DNA from: Basidiobolus meristosporus CBS 931.73
Taxonomy: Eukaryota > Fungi > Basidiobolomycota
Length of the DNA: 64,000 bases
Assembly (NCBI GenBank): GCA_002104905.1
Contig: MCFE01000078.1
Span: 1 to 64,000, forward strand
Direction of reading: 5' to 3'
The notes under the pieces are model-generated. The model saw nothing but the letters and a program-made list of their open reading frames with translations, was not told where the DNA came from and ran no database searches. Shown here piece after piece: positions 62,564 to 64,000 of the stretch. A program made the translations under genes and the position numbers. Within the stretch, counting starts at the first letter, position 1, and each line of letters opens with the position of its first letter.

Positions 62564-64000
62564 TTAAGCGTGATTACTGACTTTGAGAAGCATTCTATCG
62601 CCTATTTCATTGATTTGCTCTAAAGCCCAGTCCAAATCCTCCTTGGTATGTGCGGATGAGAGGCAGAAGCGAACTCGGCCGCTTACAATAGGTGTCGCGG
62701 GATAGGCTACGACCACAACAGCAATTCCACGCGCGAGACACTCACGAGAGAATGCTGGGATCTTAGCAGGGTTAAACAACATCAAAGGAACAACAGGTGA
62801 CTGTTCGTGACCATAAATGATGAATCCCATTTCTCTAAGTCTCTTGGCGAAGTAACGGCCGTTAAACGCAAGAGTATCCAATCGCTTTTTACCATCGTCG
62901 GATCCATCCTCACCCATAATGATGGTCATCGAGGTAATCACTTGCTGGAGAACTGGGACCGACATTGGCTCGGCATAAACAGAGGAATGGCAAGTAAGGC
63001 GAAGATGATCAATCAAATTCTTGTTGCCAGCAATGTAGCCTCCAGCAGCACCGAAGCTCTTGGTGAAAGTTCCCATCAAGATGTCAACCTCGGCAGGGTC
63101 AACTCCCCAGAAGTCACAAACACCTCTACCTTTAGGGCCCAAAGCACCAATAGAGTGAGCCTCGTCGACATAGAGGTAGAACTTGTACTTCTTCTTCAAT
63201 TCAATAATCTCGGGAAGGCGAACAATGTTGCCTTCCATACTGTATAGACCTTCCACGATAACCATGATCTTCTTCCATGGGCGGTGTGTACGTGGTTGAC
63301 CTTGAGAGATAGACTCACGGAGTACGTTCTCCAAGCTCTCCATACTGTTGTGCGTGAAAACGCGGATAGCAGCTCCGGATAATCTGGCACCGCTCACGAT
63401 AGAAGAATGATTGAGCTCATCAGAGATGATCAAGCACCCTTTAGAAAGAAGAGAAGGAAGTGTGGTAGAGTTGGTGGCAAATCCCATGCTAACGATAATA
63501 GCATCCTCCTTGCCAACAAAGCGGGCGACCAATGCTTCGGCTTCCTGATGGAGTTGAGTAGTTCCAGCCTCCATACGGCTACTGGCGAGTGAAATACCGT
63601 ACTTGCGAATGGACTCCTCAACTGCATCTGCGCAAGCACCTTCACTTTGAGCGAAACCCAGGTAATTGTAGGAGGACAGATTCAGAACACTACGTGTTTT
63701 GCCGGTGTATCTGAAGGTGGTATTGAAGTCGTGACTGACACGTTCAATGAGAGTTAGAGTGCGACCAGGAACACCAGTAATGGGGCGGTTGAAGCAATCA
63801 CTAATACGACGGTACAGGCGACGACGGTAGAAAGATTCAAAATCCGAGAGGACGGGAGCATAGCCATTCTGGAAAGTGAACGGAACATACTCGGCGCTCT
63901 TAAACCTCTTTCCGAAAAAGTCACGAATATGGCCAAACATGATAAGAACAATGTAGCCGAAGTATGTAGAAATCAAGATGAACAGTGGCACATTCTCAAG
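62564..64000 (-). CDS. LCB2: Serine palmitoyltransferase subunit Lcb2 (5' end beyond the window), no intron in the visible part
   Basis: LNLSSYNYLGFA, SDELNHSSI, VEGLYSMEG, YVDEAHSIGALG, MGTFTKSFGAAGGYI (PLP Lys), VVVAYPATP..RVRFCLS. The frame stays open to the window edge. Confidence 0.96.
   Translation of the reverse strand, partial: LENVPLFILISTYFGYIVLIMFGHIRDFFGKRFKSAEYVPFTFQNGYAPVLSDFESFYRRRLYRRISDCFNRPITGVPGRTLTLIERVSHDFNTTFRYTGKTRSVLNLSSYNYLGFAQSEGACADAVEESIRKYGISLASSRMEAGTTQLHQEAEALVARFVGKEDAIIVSMGFATNSTTLPSLLSKGCLIISDELNHSSIVSGARLSGAAIRVFTHNSMESLENVLRESISQGQPRTHRPWKKIMVIVEGLYSMEGNIVRLPEIIELKKKYKFYLYVDEAHSIGALGPKGRGVCDFWGVDPAEVDILMGTFTKSFGAAGGYIAGNKNLIDHLRLTCHSSVYAEPMSVPVLQQVITSMTIIMGEDGSDDGKKRLDTLAFNGRYFAKRLREMGFIIYGHEQSPVVPLMLFNPAKIPAFSRECLARGIAVVVVAYPATPIVSGRVRFCLSSAHTKEDLDWALEQINEIGDRMLLKVSNHA

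Overview
Eukaryotic, intron-rich fungal DNA. It has short GT-AG introns of about 50-110 nt with CTAAC/CTGAC-type branch sites. The gene content (RSPRY1-like, RPUSD1-like, a group I truncated haemoglobin, a tandem-PAS protein) suggests an early-diverging, zygomycete-grade fungus, possibly Basidiobolus-like; this is inference, not proven. The window opens with a decayed, almost CpG-free Ty1/copia element. About 22 protein-coding genes follow: F-box/LRR, a GPI-anchored 8-Cys protein, phospholipase D, PDH phosphatase, UPS1, RHO1, a trihelix Myb/SANT domain, a glutamine-synthetase-like protein, an RPUSD1-like pseudouridine synthase, IMP2, a bacterial-type beta-helix protein, RSPRY1-like, a PAS-PAS protein, a DEDDy exonuclease, a truncated globin, RAD54, POP1, TEL2, a secreted YKDGYW-repeat protein, a sulfotransferase and LCB2 (5' partial). 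The strongest lead is a trihelix DNA-binding exon pair that can splice in frame onto a GS-like domain. In that domain three of six canonical metal ligands are replaced (E to K, E to Q, H to R), which suggests a pseudo-enzyme sensor or transcription factor. Other leads are two micro-exons carrying conserved active-site motifs (9 nt in PLD, 18 nt in PDH phosphatase) and several intron-poor, bacterial- or animal-like genes. Exon boundaries were derived by eye and gene names come from motif recognition; no database searches were run. I saw no tRNA, rRNA or CRISPR array.
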